From assembly GCA_023228945.1 (NCBI GenBank), contig JALOAI010000027.1, positions 542-64,541 of the forward strand: a stretch of 64,000 nt of DNA. Direction: 5' to 3'. This DNA is from Pigmentiphaga sp. (lineage in GTDB: Bacteria > Pseudomonadota > Gammaproteobacteria > Burkholderiales > Burkholderiaceae_B). The notes under the pieces were generated by a model, which worked only from the letters and a program-made list of their open reading frames with translations, had not been told where the DNA came from and ran no database searches. The position numbers were made by a program, and so were the translations under genes. Shown here one piece after another: positions 1 to 8,371 of this stretch. How positions within the stretch are numbered: position 1 is the first letter of the stretch; each line of letters opens with the position of its first letter.

Positions 1-226
1 CGGGCGGTGCGTCCAGCCCGCGCTCGCGGATCGAGGTCTTGATTTCCTCGTAGGCCGGGTTGCGCGTCACGCGTGGGTCATGTTCATAGGGGCGCAGCTC
101 GTCCAGCGTCACCACCATCGGTGTGTCGGCGATGGGGTCGGTCAACGCCGCGGCCGAAGGACCGTTGCGTTCGAAGCCCTTGGCCAGCAGCTTGGTGGCC
201 ATGTCCTGCGGCGTCGGATCAGCCAT
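1..226 (-). CDS. parB: ParB-like protein, N-terminal fragment (gene continues past the left edge)
   Basis: Reverse-strand ATG at 226-224. My translation is MADPTPQDMATKLLAKGFERNGPSAAALTDPIADTPMVVTLDELRPYEHDPRVTRNPAYEEIKTSIRERGLDAPP. It contains the ParB N-terminal box (L..l.PYEhdPR...N). There is no stop before position 1, and the start overlaps the stop of the upstream small ORF by 8 nt. Confidence 0.7.
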   Translation of the reverse strand, partial: MADPTPQDMATKLLAKGFERNGPSAAALTDPIADTPMVVTLDELRPYEHDPRVTRNPAYEEIKTSIRERGLDAPP

Positions 227-467
227 CGCTGCTCTCCCGAGATGCCGTCAGTGCCTGTCGATCGGCGCGGCGAAGCTGCGCGCGTGCGTTGCGGCTGGCG
301 CGGTGATCGCTCGCAGTCGAGCTGGTATAGATCGCGGCGCAGCCGGGCTTGGTGAACATCAGGTGCCCGCCGCGCGTGCGTTTCACGTGCCAACCTTCGC
401 CCAGCGCGAACTCGATCAGCGCGCGTAGCCGCGCATGGCCGCGGGCCAGTTCATGCGCGATCGCCAT
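219..467 (-). CDS. small 82-aa ORF between parA and parB
   Basis: An in-frame ATG at 467 inside track ORF 219..653 gives MAIAHELARGHARLRALIEFALGEGWHVKRTRGGHLMFTKPG... It overlaps the parA stop and the parB start, which suggests translational coupling. It sits where shi lies in the ICEclc parA-shi-parB operon; this is a positional analogy only. Confidence 0.5.
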   Translation of the reverse strand: MAIAHELARGHARLRALIEFALGEGWHVKRTRGGHLMFTKPGCAAIYTSSTASDHRASRNARAQLRRADRQALTASRESSDG

Positions 468-1317
468 GACTGGCTCCTCCTGCGCGGCCTCTGCCGGTAA
501 CGCATGCAAAGCGCTCCCGCCATGCCGGGAACAGCTCGCCAGCCAGCGCACGCATCGTCTCCAACGCCGCAGGCGCAGTACGGCCCACTGGTTGCCGGTA
601 TTCGACGCGATGCACTGGCAGCCCCCGTGTTGCGGCACGTGGGTAGGCTTCAATGGCCGGGACGTCGGTGCTCAGGACCTGTATGCCAGCGTGCGCCTGG
701 AACACTTGTCGCAGGGCCTGCTGGATCAGTCGGGCGTTCGACGAAACCGGATGCACACGGTTGATGAGCAAGCGCAGCGGTGGCGGCTCGATGCCGAGGT
801 GCCGATACGGAGCGATGTCCTCGATCAGTTGCAGCGTGCCGCGCCTCAGCTCACGCGCCGCCAGGATTTCCGGCGTCACCGGTGACAGCGCCAGACTGGA
901 GGCCAGTACCGCCATTTCCAGCAGCACACTGCGCGCTCCCTGGGTATCGATCAGCAGCAGGTCGTAGTGCGACGCCAGCGCGGGGAGCAGGTGACGCAGG
1001 CGCAGCCGACCGTCGGGTGCGTGCAGCAGCAGTGTGTTCAGTTCGCCGCGATGGTCGTTCGACACCACCAGGTCGAGACCCGCCACAGCGGTCTGCGAAG
1101 CCAATTGCTCGATACGCTGCTCATTGAAGGCCAGCATCTCATAGATGCCGGCAGGCGCATGCGTGCCGAGCGTGAAGTAGCTCGACAAGGTGGGCTGTAC
1201 GTCCAGGTCCAGCAGCAGCACGCGCAGTCCCGCATCGGCGATGAAGCCGCCCAGGTTCGCTGCGGTGGTCGTCTTGCCGACGCCACCCTTGGTCGAAATG
1301 ATGGATACCACCTGCAT
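451..1317 (-). CDS. parA: ParA/Soj-family partition ATPase (ICE-type, 288 aa)
   Basis: Deviant Walker A motif: MQVVSIISTKGGVGKTTTAANLGGFIADAGLRVLLLDLDVQPTLSSYF. Confidence 0.9.
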   Translation of the reverse strand: MQVVSIISTKGGVGKTTTAANLGGFIADAGLRVLLLDLDVQPTLSSYFTLGTHAPAGIYEMLAFNEQRIEQLASQTAVAGLDLVVSNDHRGELNTLLLHAPDGRLRLRHLLPALASHYDLLLIDTQGARSVLLEMAVLASSLALSPVTPEILAARELRRGTLQLIEDIAPYRHLGIEPPPLRLLINRVHPVSSNARLIQQALRQVFQAHAGIQVLSTDVPAIEAYPRAATRGLPVHRVEYRQPVGRTAPAALETMRALAGELFPAWRERFACVTGRGRAGGASHGDRA

Positions 1318-1357
1318 GGTGCGACTCCTCGTGGAAGGGATTCCGGGGGGCGCGGGC

Positions 1358-1585
1358 TCACGCCCGCTCCCTGAGTCGATCGGTGATCCACTGATCGATC
1401 TCCACCGAATCCCATCCGATGGCGCGTACCCCGAGGCGCAGGGGCTTAGGAAACTTGCCCTCCTTGATCAGGTTGTAGATGTGGGCGCGTTTGAAGCCGG
1501 TCTTGGCCTCGACTTCCGCGCGGCGCAGGATGCGGTGTTCGTTCGGCGTCGCGGTGGCGATGGTCTGGGCAATCACGAGGGACAC
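1358..1585 (-). CDS. alpA: AlpA-family phage/ICE transcriptional regulator (75 aa)
   Basis: The stretch ILRRAEVEAKTGFKRAHIYNLIKEGKFPKPLRLGVRAIGWDSVEIDQWI is the AlpA/MerR-like HTH signature. Confidence 0.85.
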   Translation of the reverse strand: MSLVIAQTIATATPNEHRILRRAEVEAKTGFKRAHIYNLIKEGKFPKPLRLGVRAIGWDSVEIDQWITDRLRERA

Positions 1586-1686
1586 TCCTTGGCGCTGTGT
1601 AGCGGCGGTGATGGAAGTGCCCCGTATTCAATAGCGCGGTTCCCGCGCGGTCACCGCAAGTGCAGACACGCCGTCTGCACTTGCAG

Positions 1687-2448
1687 TCAGCGGTCCTGGG
1701 TAGCGAGATGACGCTTGGCTGCCGAAAACTTCGCCCACAGCGTTCGCTCGCTGATTCCGGATTTGTCGCCGTAGTGGGCAACCAGCGCACTGATGACCGA
1801 TTCCAGCGTCTCGAAGGACGAATAGGGAACGCCATTGGGCGACTTGCCCAACAGCAGGGTCAGAAGGCCGCCAACGATGTTCAGGTAGGTGGACTCACTG
1901 CGGGCGCCCGGCATCCCGGAGCGCTTCTCGCGTTCCGCGCGTGCCTGGTGCTCCTGGCTGAGCGTCTGGAACTGGGCATAGAGCGCATCCCAGGCCTGCA
2001 CCCTGTCGGCAAGCTGGAGCTTCAACGCCTCGCGATCCATGATCAGTGCCTGCACGGCATCGACACTGACGGCCGGATGCAGGTGGCGCTCGAAGGCATC
2101 GAACAAAAAGGCCGGTCGCTGGTCGGGATAGAAACGAATCATCCAGGCCTTCAGGTCGACATGGCGGATCGTGAGGCCGGGGTCATCAAGCAAGGCGGGG
2201 TCGTTGCTCGTGATGCCATCCTTGCCGTAGGGAAGGTCGAGATGCACCAGTGCGTCGTAGATCCGTTCCGCGTTCAGGCGAAGCTGTGGCCAGCGCGCCA
2301 GTGCAGCGTGCTCCGGCAGCCGGTTCATCCCCTCGGCGACATCGAGGATACGGCGCTCGAAGCGTGACAGCCCCGCCCACTGGATGGCCGCCTCGATCGG
2401 ACGATAGAAGACCTTGGCTTGGGCGCCGGAAGAAGATGACTTTCTCAT
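1687..2448 (-). CDS. hypothetical 253-aa ICE-associated protein
   Basis: Clean ORF, co-directional with and immediately upstream of alpA-parA. No domain recognised by eye. It occupies the position bisR holds at the ICEclc end (from memory, unverified). Confidence 0.55.
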   Translation of the reverse strand: MRKSSSSGAQAKVFYRPIEAAIQWAGLSRFERRILDVAEGMNRLPEHAALARWPQLRLNAERIYDALVHLDLPYGKDGITSNDPALLDDPGLTIRHVDLKAWMIRFYPDQRPAFLFDAFERHLHPAVSVDAVQALIMDREALKLQLADRVQAWDALYAQFQTLSQEHQARAEREKRSGMPGARSESTYLNIVGGLLTLLLGKSPNGVPYSSFETLESVISALVAHYGDKSGISERTLWAKFSAAKRHLATQDR

Positions 2449-3093
2449 GGGCTACTCCCTGGTGAACGGGTTCAGGACATCGGCTTTTCTCGTGGTCTGG
2501 TCGACGCCATCCCACACCTTCGCGGCGCGGAGCGGTGGCGACTTGGCTTGTGGAAAGGTTGTAGTGACGGCGAATGGCTGCAATGCTCACCCCAGCAACC
2601 AGTCGATGTGGCACCTTCTCCACCAACACCGAGCCTCTGCGTGGCGGTATGCTTCAAGATGTTTCTCGCCCATGACGGGGAGGCTTGGTAGTGAGGTTTT
2701 GCTACAGATGCCATCGCGGCGAAAGACGCATTCAGTCTCTGCGCCCTCATGTCTGGGCATCACCCGCATGTCGGACGCCGATGGTCTTTCAGCAGACGCG
2801 GTTCGGGTGGCACCGGGCGCGGCGATGCCGCCGCGACGGGCAACGATGAAGCATCACGCCAGACGGTACGGGTCTTCTTTCAGATCAACAAAGAATGACG
2901 GGCGAATGTCATCGATTCGCCGGCAAGTCATAGAGCGGCAAGCGTTCCATTGCGGGCGGGGTCAATGCCGAATGGCTGCGATTCAGCACGAAGCGCGGGG
3001 CGCGGCCCGCGAACCCGGCGGCGGAACGCCGAGACGCTGGGCGGTTTGCCTTGCATTCGCTCATTAATTCAATAAATGTTGTAATATCGAACT

Positions 3094-3417
3094 ATGAAAG
3101 AAGATCAAGCCGTTTGCGCCCTGAGTGCCCTGGCCCATGCCCAGCGCCTGCGCGTGTTCCGCGCCCTGGTCATCGCCGGCCCCGAAGGGCGGACGCCCAG
3201 CGTGCTGGCCGAGCAACTGGACGTGGCCCGCAACACGCTGTCCTTTCACCTGAAGGAGCTGGCCCATGCCGGCCTCGTCACCATCGAGCAGCAGGGCCGC
3301 AACCTCATCTATCGCGCCGACTTTTTCCAGATGAACGAACTGCTCGGCTACCTGACCGAACACTGCTGCCAGGGCGGCGTGTGCGAGGTCACCGAATCCT
3401 CCCACTGCGACTGCTGA
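3094..3417 (+). CDS. arsR: ArsR-family arsenic-responsive repressor
   Basis: LSALAHAQRLRVFRALV...LSFHLKELAHAGLV HTH, with a Cys-rich C-terminus (HCCQGGVCEV...HCDC). First gene of the ars operon. Confidence 0.9.
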   Translation: MKEDQAVCALSALAHAQRLRVFRALVIAGPEGRTPSVLAEQLDVARNTLSFHLKELAHAGLVTIEQQGRNLIYRADFFQMNELLGYLTEHCCQGGVCEVTESSHCDC

Positions 3418-3421
3418 TGCC

Positions 3422-3919
3422 ATGACCACCGACACCACCTACAACGCACTGTTCATCTGCACGGGCAACTCGGCCCGTTCGATCCTCGCCGAAGGCATCC
3501 TCAACGGACTGGGCAAGGGGCGCTTTCACGCGTACTCGGCGGGCAGCCACCCCAAGGGAGAGGTGCATCCGCTGGCACTCGCTACGCTGGAGCGGCTGCA
3601 CATGCCGACGGCAGGCTACCGCAGCAAGAGCTGGGACGAGTTCGTGGCACCGGGCGCTCCGGTATTCGATTTCATCTTCACCGTCTGCGACAACGCCGCC
3701 GGCGAGGCGTGCCCGCTCTGGCCCGGCAAGCCGGTGTCCGCTCATTGGGGCGTGCCCGATCCCGCAGCGGTCGAAGGCTCCCAAGAGCAACAAGTCAAGG
3801 CCTTCAAGGACGCCGCATTGACCCTGCGCCGCCGCATCGAGCTGTTCCTGTCGCTGCCGCTGCAGCGCCTGGACGCCATGTCCTTGCAGCACGAACTGCG
3901 CGACATCGGCAAGCAGTGA
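3422..3919 (+). CDS. arsC: arsenate reductase, LMW-PTPase (thioredoxin-coupled) type
   Basis: The N-terminal sequence ALFICTGNSARSILAEG is the CX5R phosphatase P-loop. Confidence 0.9.
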   Translation: MTTDTTYNALFICTGNSARSILAEGILNGLGKGRFHAYSAGSHPKGEVHPLALATLERLHMPTAGYRSKSWDEFVAPGAPVFDFIFTVCDNAAGEACPLWPGKPVSAHWGVPDPAAVEGSQEQQVKAFKDAALTLRRRIELFLSLPLQRLDAMSLQHELRDIGKQ

Positions 3920-3926
3920 GGCGCCC

Positions 3927-5012
3927 ATGACCGCAGCGACTGAAACGGCCCGCTCCATGCCGGCCACCCCGACCATGAGTGTGTTCGAACGCTATCTGAC
4001 GGTGTGGGTTCTCCTGTGCATCGTTGTTGGCATTGCGCTGGGCCAATTCGCGTCCGGCGTGTTCCAGGCCATCGGCCATATGGAAGTGGCCCAGGTCAAC
4101 CTGCCGGTGGGCCTGCTGATCTGGGTCATGATCATTCCCATGCTGCTCAAGGTGGACTTCGGCGCGCTGGGCCAGGTCAAGCAGCACTGGCGTGGCATCG
4201 GCGTCACGCTGTTCATCAATTGGGCGGTCAAGCCGTTCTCAATGGCGCTGCTGGCGTGGGTCTTCATCCGCCACGTCTTCGCCGATGCGCTGCCCGCCGA
4301 CCAGCTCGACAGCTATGTCGCCGGCCTGATACTGCTGGCCGCCGCGCCCTGCACGGCCATGGTCTTCGTCTGGAGCCGGCTCACGGGCGGCGATCCGGTG
4401 TTCACGCTGTCGCAGGTGGCGCTGAACGACACCATCATGGTGTTCGCCTTTGCCCCCATCGTCGGCCTGCTGCTGGGCCTGTCGGCCATCACCGTGCCGT
4501 GGGATACGCTGCTGGTGTCGGTGGCGCTCTACATCGTCATCCCCGTCATTCTCGCGCAGGTCTGGCGTCGCGCCTTACTGCGGCGAGGCCAGGCCGCGTT
4601 CGATCGCGCCCTGGAGCGTATCGGCCCACTGTCCATCGCGGCGCTGCTGCTCACGCTGGTGCTGTTGTTCGCCTTCCAGGGCCAGGCCATACTGCAGCAG
4701 CCGCTGGTCATCGCCATGCTGGCCGTGCCGATCCTCATCCAGGTGTTCTTCAACTCCGGGCTGGCCTACTGGCTCAATCGCAAGGTGGGTGAGAAGCACA
4801 ACATCGCCTGTCCTTCGGCACTGATCGGCGCGTCCAACTTCTTCGAGCTGGCCGTGGCGGCAGCTATCAGCCTGTTCGGCTTCCAGTCAGGCGCAGCGCT
4901 GGCCACCGTGGTCGGCGTGCTGATCGAAGTGCCCGTCATGCTGCTGGTCGTGCGTGTCGTCAACCGGTCTCGCGGCTGGTACGAAGGCGACCCGAACCCA
5001 TCAACCCGATAA
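3927..5012 (+). CDS. acr3: ACR3-family arsenite efflux permease
   Basis: SVFERYLTVWVLLCIVVGIALG..., multi-TM protein, ACR3 family hallmark. The start could be an internal Met (M11 or M17). Confidence 0.9.
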   Translation: MTAATETARSMPATPTMSVFERYLTVWVLLCIVVGIALGQFASGVFQAIGHMEVAQVNLPVGLLIWVMIIPMLLKVDFGALGQVKQHWRGIGVTLFINWAVKPFSMALLAWVFIRHVFADALPADQLDSYVAGLILLAAAPCTAMVFVWSRLTGGDPVFTLSQVALNDTIMVFAFAPIVGLLLGLSAITVPWDTLLVSVALYIVIPVILAQVWRRALLRRGQAAFDRALERIGPLSIAALLLTLVLLFAFQGQAILQQPLVIAMLAVPILIQVFFNSGLAYWLNRKVGEKHNIACPSALIGASNFFELAVAAAISLFGFQSGAALATVVGVLIEVPVMLLVVRVVNRSRGWYEGDPNPSTR

Positions 5013-5025
5013 CCACGACATGCCC

Positions 5026-5448
5026 ATGAGCACCATCACGATCTACCACAATCCCGCCTGCGGCACGTCGCGCAACACGCTGGCGCTGATCCGCAACAGC
5101 GGCGAAGAGCCCGCGGTTATCGAGTACCTGAAGACGCCACCCGATCGCGCCACGCTGGTCAAGCTGCTGGCCGATGCGGGCCTTGGCGTGCGCAACGTGC
5201 TGCGCGAAAAAGGCACCCCCTATGCCGAACTCGGCCTGGGCGATCCGAAGTGGACGGATGAGCAGCTGCTCAATTTCATCGAGCAGCACCCCATTCTCAT
5301 CAACCGACCCATCGTGGTCACGCCGCTGGGCACGCGCCTGTGCCGCCCTTCGGAAACAGTACTGGACATCCTGCCGCAGCCCCAGCGCGGCGCGTTCAAC
5401 AAGGAAGACGGTGAGCCGGTGATCGACGCGGAGGGCCGCCGTGTCTGA
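5026..5448 (+). CDS. arsC: arsenate reductase, glutaredoxin-coupled (E. coli ArsC type)
   Basis: [26 protein letters not shown]...[23 protein letters not shown] is near-colinear with E. coli ArsC. The start was chosen at the internal ATG (5026) of track ORF 4954..5448. Confidence 0.9.
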   Translation: MSTITIYHNPACGTSRNTLALIRNSGEEPAVIEYLKTPPDRATLVKLLADAGLGVRNVLREKGTPYAELGLGDPKWTDEQLLNFIEQHPILINRPIVVTPLGTRLCRPSETVLDILPQPQRGAFNKEDGEPVIDAEGRRV

Positions 5449-6163
5449 AGCGCGACTTGACCTGCCCAACATCGACACAACGCTGTTTCAGGAACCGGAT
5501 ATAGCGCGGCTGCTGCCGCCCGAGCGCGGCAGCCATGCACCGCGCTTTCTGCTGCTCTATGGCTCGCTGCGGGAACGCTCATACAGCCGACTTTCCGCCG
5601 AGGAAGCCGCGCGCATCCTGCGCGCGCTCGGCGGCGAGACGCGCATGTTCAACCCCTCCGGCCTGCCGCTGGTGGATGATGCGCCGGGTGATCACCCCAA
5701 GGTCCAGGAACTGCATGCGCTCACGCAATGGGCCGAAGGCATGGTGTGGTGCTCGCCCGAGCGCCACGGCGCCATGACCGGCCTGATGAAGACCCAAATC
5801 GACTGGATTCCACTGTCGGTCGGCGCGGTGCGCCCGACCCAGGGCAAGACGCTGGCCGTGATGCAGGTCTCGGGCGGCTCGCAGTCCTTCAACGCCGTGA
5901 ACCAGATGCGCGTGCTGGGCCGTTGGATGCGCATGCTGACCATCCCCAACCAGTCCTCGGTTGCCAAGGCGTACCAGGAGTTCGACGAGGGCGGGCGCAT
6001 GAAGCCCTCGGCCTACTACGACCGCATCGTGGACGTGATGGAGGAGCTGATGAAGTTCACACTGCTCACGCGCGACGCGGCGCCGTACCTGGTGGATCGC
6101 TACAGCGAGCGCAAGGAGAGCGCCGAGGCGCTGTCCTTGCGCATGAAGCAAAGGGCTATTTGA
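5441..6163 (+). CDS. arsH: ArsH NADPH-dependent FMN reductase
   Basis: [18 protein letters not shown]...[25 protein letters not shown] start overlaps the arsC stop by 8 nt. Confidence 0.9.
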   Translation: MSEARLDLPNIDTTLFQEPDIARLLPPERGSHAPRFLLLYGSLRERSYSRLSAEEAARILRALGGETRMFNPSGLPLVDDAPGDHPKVQELHALTQWAEGMVWCSPERHGAMTGLMKTQIDWIPLSVGAVRPTQGKTLAVMQVSGGSQSFNAVNQMRVLGRWMRMLTIPNQSSVAKAYQEFDEGGRMKPSAYYDRIVDVMEELMKFTLLTRDAAPYLVDRYSERKESAEALSLRMKQRAI

Positions 6164-6725
6164 TGGGAGTGCCCAGCACCTCAGAGCGCAGCAGCGCCTG
6201 GCAGTTTTTCTATGGTTTTCCTGCGGTTGGGGCTGGCCAGCATCGCCAGCCGTACAAGCGCTCTCCGCTCATGACGACGAGAACGCCGTGCTACGGTGCA
6301 GGGAACTGAAACACCGGGCTCGTCCTGCACACACTGCACACCCTCGGCTTTCGGCGAAAGAGAAGCACGAGGCCCACAAGGGATGGAGGCGTCAGCGTGC
6401 AAAGCCGAATGGAGGGCCGATCATGTTCGCCTCGTCGAATACGAAGGAGCACAACGCGCCGAACACCTGACGTTTTCCAGATGAAATCGCTGCCGATCTG
6501 GAGGACGTTGGTATGGCGTACGCCCCAAACATCGGAGCAGCGAAACACAGTCTCGGCCCACAGGCGCATCTGAACATGACCCTGGTGGCTGTGCATGGAC
6601 GTTGCTGGGCGATGGCAGACGATCCCGGGTTGCCGGGCACGTGGGGCTGGTACATAATCTGGTCTAATTCCGTGGCGCTCACGGAAGAAACCCGTTATCA
6701 ATCAACGGGTTGAGTGCGGCGTGAT

Positions 6726-6744
6726 GTTCCCTTCACCCGCTCCA
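6726..6744 (+). repeat. isolated tRNA-Gly 3'-end fragment (GTTCCCTTCACCCGCTCCA); candidate ICE att repeat
   Basis: The sequence ends in acceptor-strand ...CACCCGC + T + CCA. The 76 nt upstream do not fold as a tRNA: there is no GCGGGTG 5' acceptor and no GTTCGA T-loop. Confidence 0.5.
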
Positions 6745-6760
6745 TTTCAGCCCGAAATGT

Positions 6761-7180
6761 CTAGTCCGGTGGGCTCCAGCCCGGTTTGCTGGCCTCTACC
6801 AAGGCGCTCCATTCGTCTGGCGGATTTCCACGTCCGAGCATTTTCTCGAACACCGCGTAAGGGTACGACTTGCTGCCCGATGACCCCAGAGTCTGCTCAT
6901 CGTTGACCCAAGCGTACACAATGATCTTCGCCTTCGAGTCGTAGCGGAAAAGCAGCCGGTATCGCCTTCCGAGCTTGGCCCGCCGCCAGTGGCGATAGAC
7001 CGGCCCCATGGTATTGCCTTGACGGCACTTGTCGCGCGCCAGCAGGGTCAGGAATGCGGCAATGGCAGGGTCTTCGTGATCGGCATCGGCGCGGGTCACA
7101 ACCACCTCTGCGCCCCGAAGCTCGAACGCAAGCTTGCTGCCGGTATCGGCACCCAGGGCCTGGCGGATGGATTTGGGCAA
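6761..7180 (-). pseudogene. prlF-yhaV type II TA remnant: antitoxin N-terminus fused in frame to toxin C-terminus
   Basis: The N-terminal half, LPKSIRQALGADTGSKLAFELRGAEVVVTRADADHEDPAIAAFLTLLARD, looks like an AbrB/SpoVT PrlF antitoxin. The C-terminal half, GRRYRLLFRYDSKAKIIVYAWVNDEQTLGSSGSKSYPYAVFEKMLGRGNPPDEWSALVEA, aligns by eye with E. coli YhaV residues about 90-150 (GRYRLFFRY...GWMNDENTLR...VFSKMLKRGHPPADW). The first roughly 70-90 YhaV residues are absent. The only start is TTG, and an ATG at about 7195 is out of frame. Confidence 0.6.
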
Positions 7181-7268
7181 GGTCGCCCTTGCGCGCCATC
7201 CGCGTCCGGCCGAGGACCTTTGTGGCCCGCATGCTCCAGAAGCGCCTGCCGATGAGGCCTCCTCAGGT

Positions 7269-7904
7269 TCAGACAGGATCCGCCAGATGTTGCAGGCCTG
7301 CTGCCCGGAACACCACGCTCAGGTTATTGGCCGGCATCTGCACCACGGGACCGCAGACCAGTCCCCGCTCCCGGGCTTGGACTTGCACCGCTTCCAGGTC
7401 TCGCACGCCGAAAGCCGGGTTCCTTGCCTTGAGCCAGAGCTCGAACTCGGCATTGCTGGGAGCAGTGTGTGCGCCGTTTCGGCGATAGGGGCCGTAGAGA
7501 TACAGCACGCCGTTGGGGCGCAGCACGCGTGCGGCGCCATCCAGCAACGCCAGTGTCGTCGTCCAAGGTGAATAGTGGATCACGTTGCAGCAGACAATGG
7601 CATCGACCGGGGGAATGTTCCAATCATCCGCGTTGACGTCGAGCAGGCGGGGCGGATCGATGTTGGGCAGGCCGGCGTGTTCGACCCAGGCCTGAATGGA
7701 GGGCAGCGCGTCCGGGTCGCCCTCGCTGGGCAGCCAGTGCCAGTCGGCAAGGGACCGGGCGAAAAAAACGGCATGTTCGCCGGTACCGCTGCCGATCTCC
7801 AGCGCGCGGCCGGAGGCGGGCAGCACTTCCTGCAATACGTCGAGGATGGGCTGGCGGTTGCGGGCGACGGCCGGGGCGTGGCGACGCGAATCCGTGGGTG
7901 GCAT
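7269..7904 (-). CDS. DUF938-type class I SAM-dependent methyltransferase
   Basis: APAVARNRQPILDVLQEVLP...ALEIGSGTGEHAVFFA (GxGxG SAM motif). The ATG at 7904 is preceded by GAGGAG. Confidence 0.75.
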   Translation of the reverse strand: MPPTDSRRHAPAVARNRQPILDVLQEVLPASGRALEIGSGTGEHAVFFARSLADWHWLPSEGDPDALPSIQAWVEHAGLPNIDPPRLLDVNADDWNIPPVDAIVCCNVIHYSPWTTTLALLDGAARVLRPNGVLYLYGPYRRNGAHTAPSNAEFELWLKARNPAFGVRDLEAVQVQARERGLVCGPVVQMPANNLSVVFRAAGLQHLADPV

Positions 7905-7965
7905 GGGGCTCCTCAGCATGGGTTGACCAAGTTCGTTCAGGTGTGAGACAAGGCCAGCCAGCATC

Positions 7966-8358
7966 TCAGTGCGTCAGTGTCAGCTGAGCGATGTAGCCTG
8001 AACTGCTCTCTCCCGCAGCCTTGGCCCGATGATCCAGTAGAGCCAGGATGCGGCGGGGCAAGGTGATGTTGACCCGCTCGATGGTGTCGTCGATCAAGGC
8101 CGGGTCAACCTCGGCAATTGCCCAGATCCAACCCTCGTACTCGCCGGACTTTTGCAGATCGGTGATGTTCGAGGGCTTTGGGATGGTTTCGCCGCTGGCA
8201 ATCGCTTCTTCGATCCAGAGAGCGATAGCTTCCTTGGCATTCTCGATGGCTTCGTCGATACCTTCGTCGGCGGCCGAGAAGCAACCGGGGAGGTCGGGTA
8301 CCACGACACCCCAAGCAGTGGTGTCGTTGCCCGGCTCGATAGCGATAGGGTATTTCAT
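7966..8358 (-). CDS. hicB: HicB-family antitoxin
   Basis: MKYPIAIEPGNDTTAWGVVVPDLPGCFSAADEGIDEAIENAKEAIALWIEE is the HicB N-domain. A C-terminal RHH-like stretch follows (RVNITLPRRILALLD). GGAG lies 7 nt upstream of the ATG at 8358. Confidence 0.85.
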   Translation of the reverse strand: MKYPIAIEPGNDTTAWGVVVPDLPGCFSAADEGIDEAIENAKEAIALWIEEAIASGETIPKPSNITDLQKSGEYEGWIWAIAEVDPALIDDTIERVNITLPRRILALLDHRAKAAGESSSGYIAQLTLTH

Positions 8359-8371
8359 GGTGGTCTCCATA

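Noticed and set aside
1351-1375. Second att-like sequence CACGCCCGCTCCCTGAG
   Set aside because: It lacks the terminal CCA and lies within the alpA stop-codon region (..RLRERA*). The resemblance to a tRNA-Gly end is best explained by coding sequence.
2449-3090. Possible small HTH gene on the minus strand (fragments ..MGEKHLEAYRHAEAR.. and ..GVSIAAIRRHYNLSTSQVA.. in two frames) and other 60-217-aa ORFs
   Set aside because: The fragments lie in different frames, have no clear start, and I cannot assign a family. This may be a decayed gene, but the evidence is insufficient to annotate it.
6669-6744. Possible intact tRNA gene ending in CCGCTCCA
   Set aside because: There is no 5' acceptor strand complementary to CACCCGC and no GTTCGA-type T-loop. 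The ACCCGTT/AACGGGT hairpin has a 7-bp stem and a loop unsuitable for an anticodon arm. Only the 3' 19 nt are tRNA-like, so it is reported as an att-type fragment instead.
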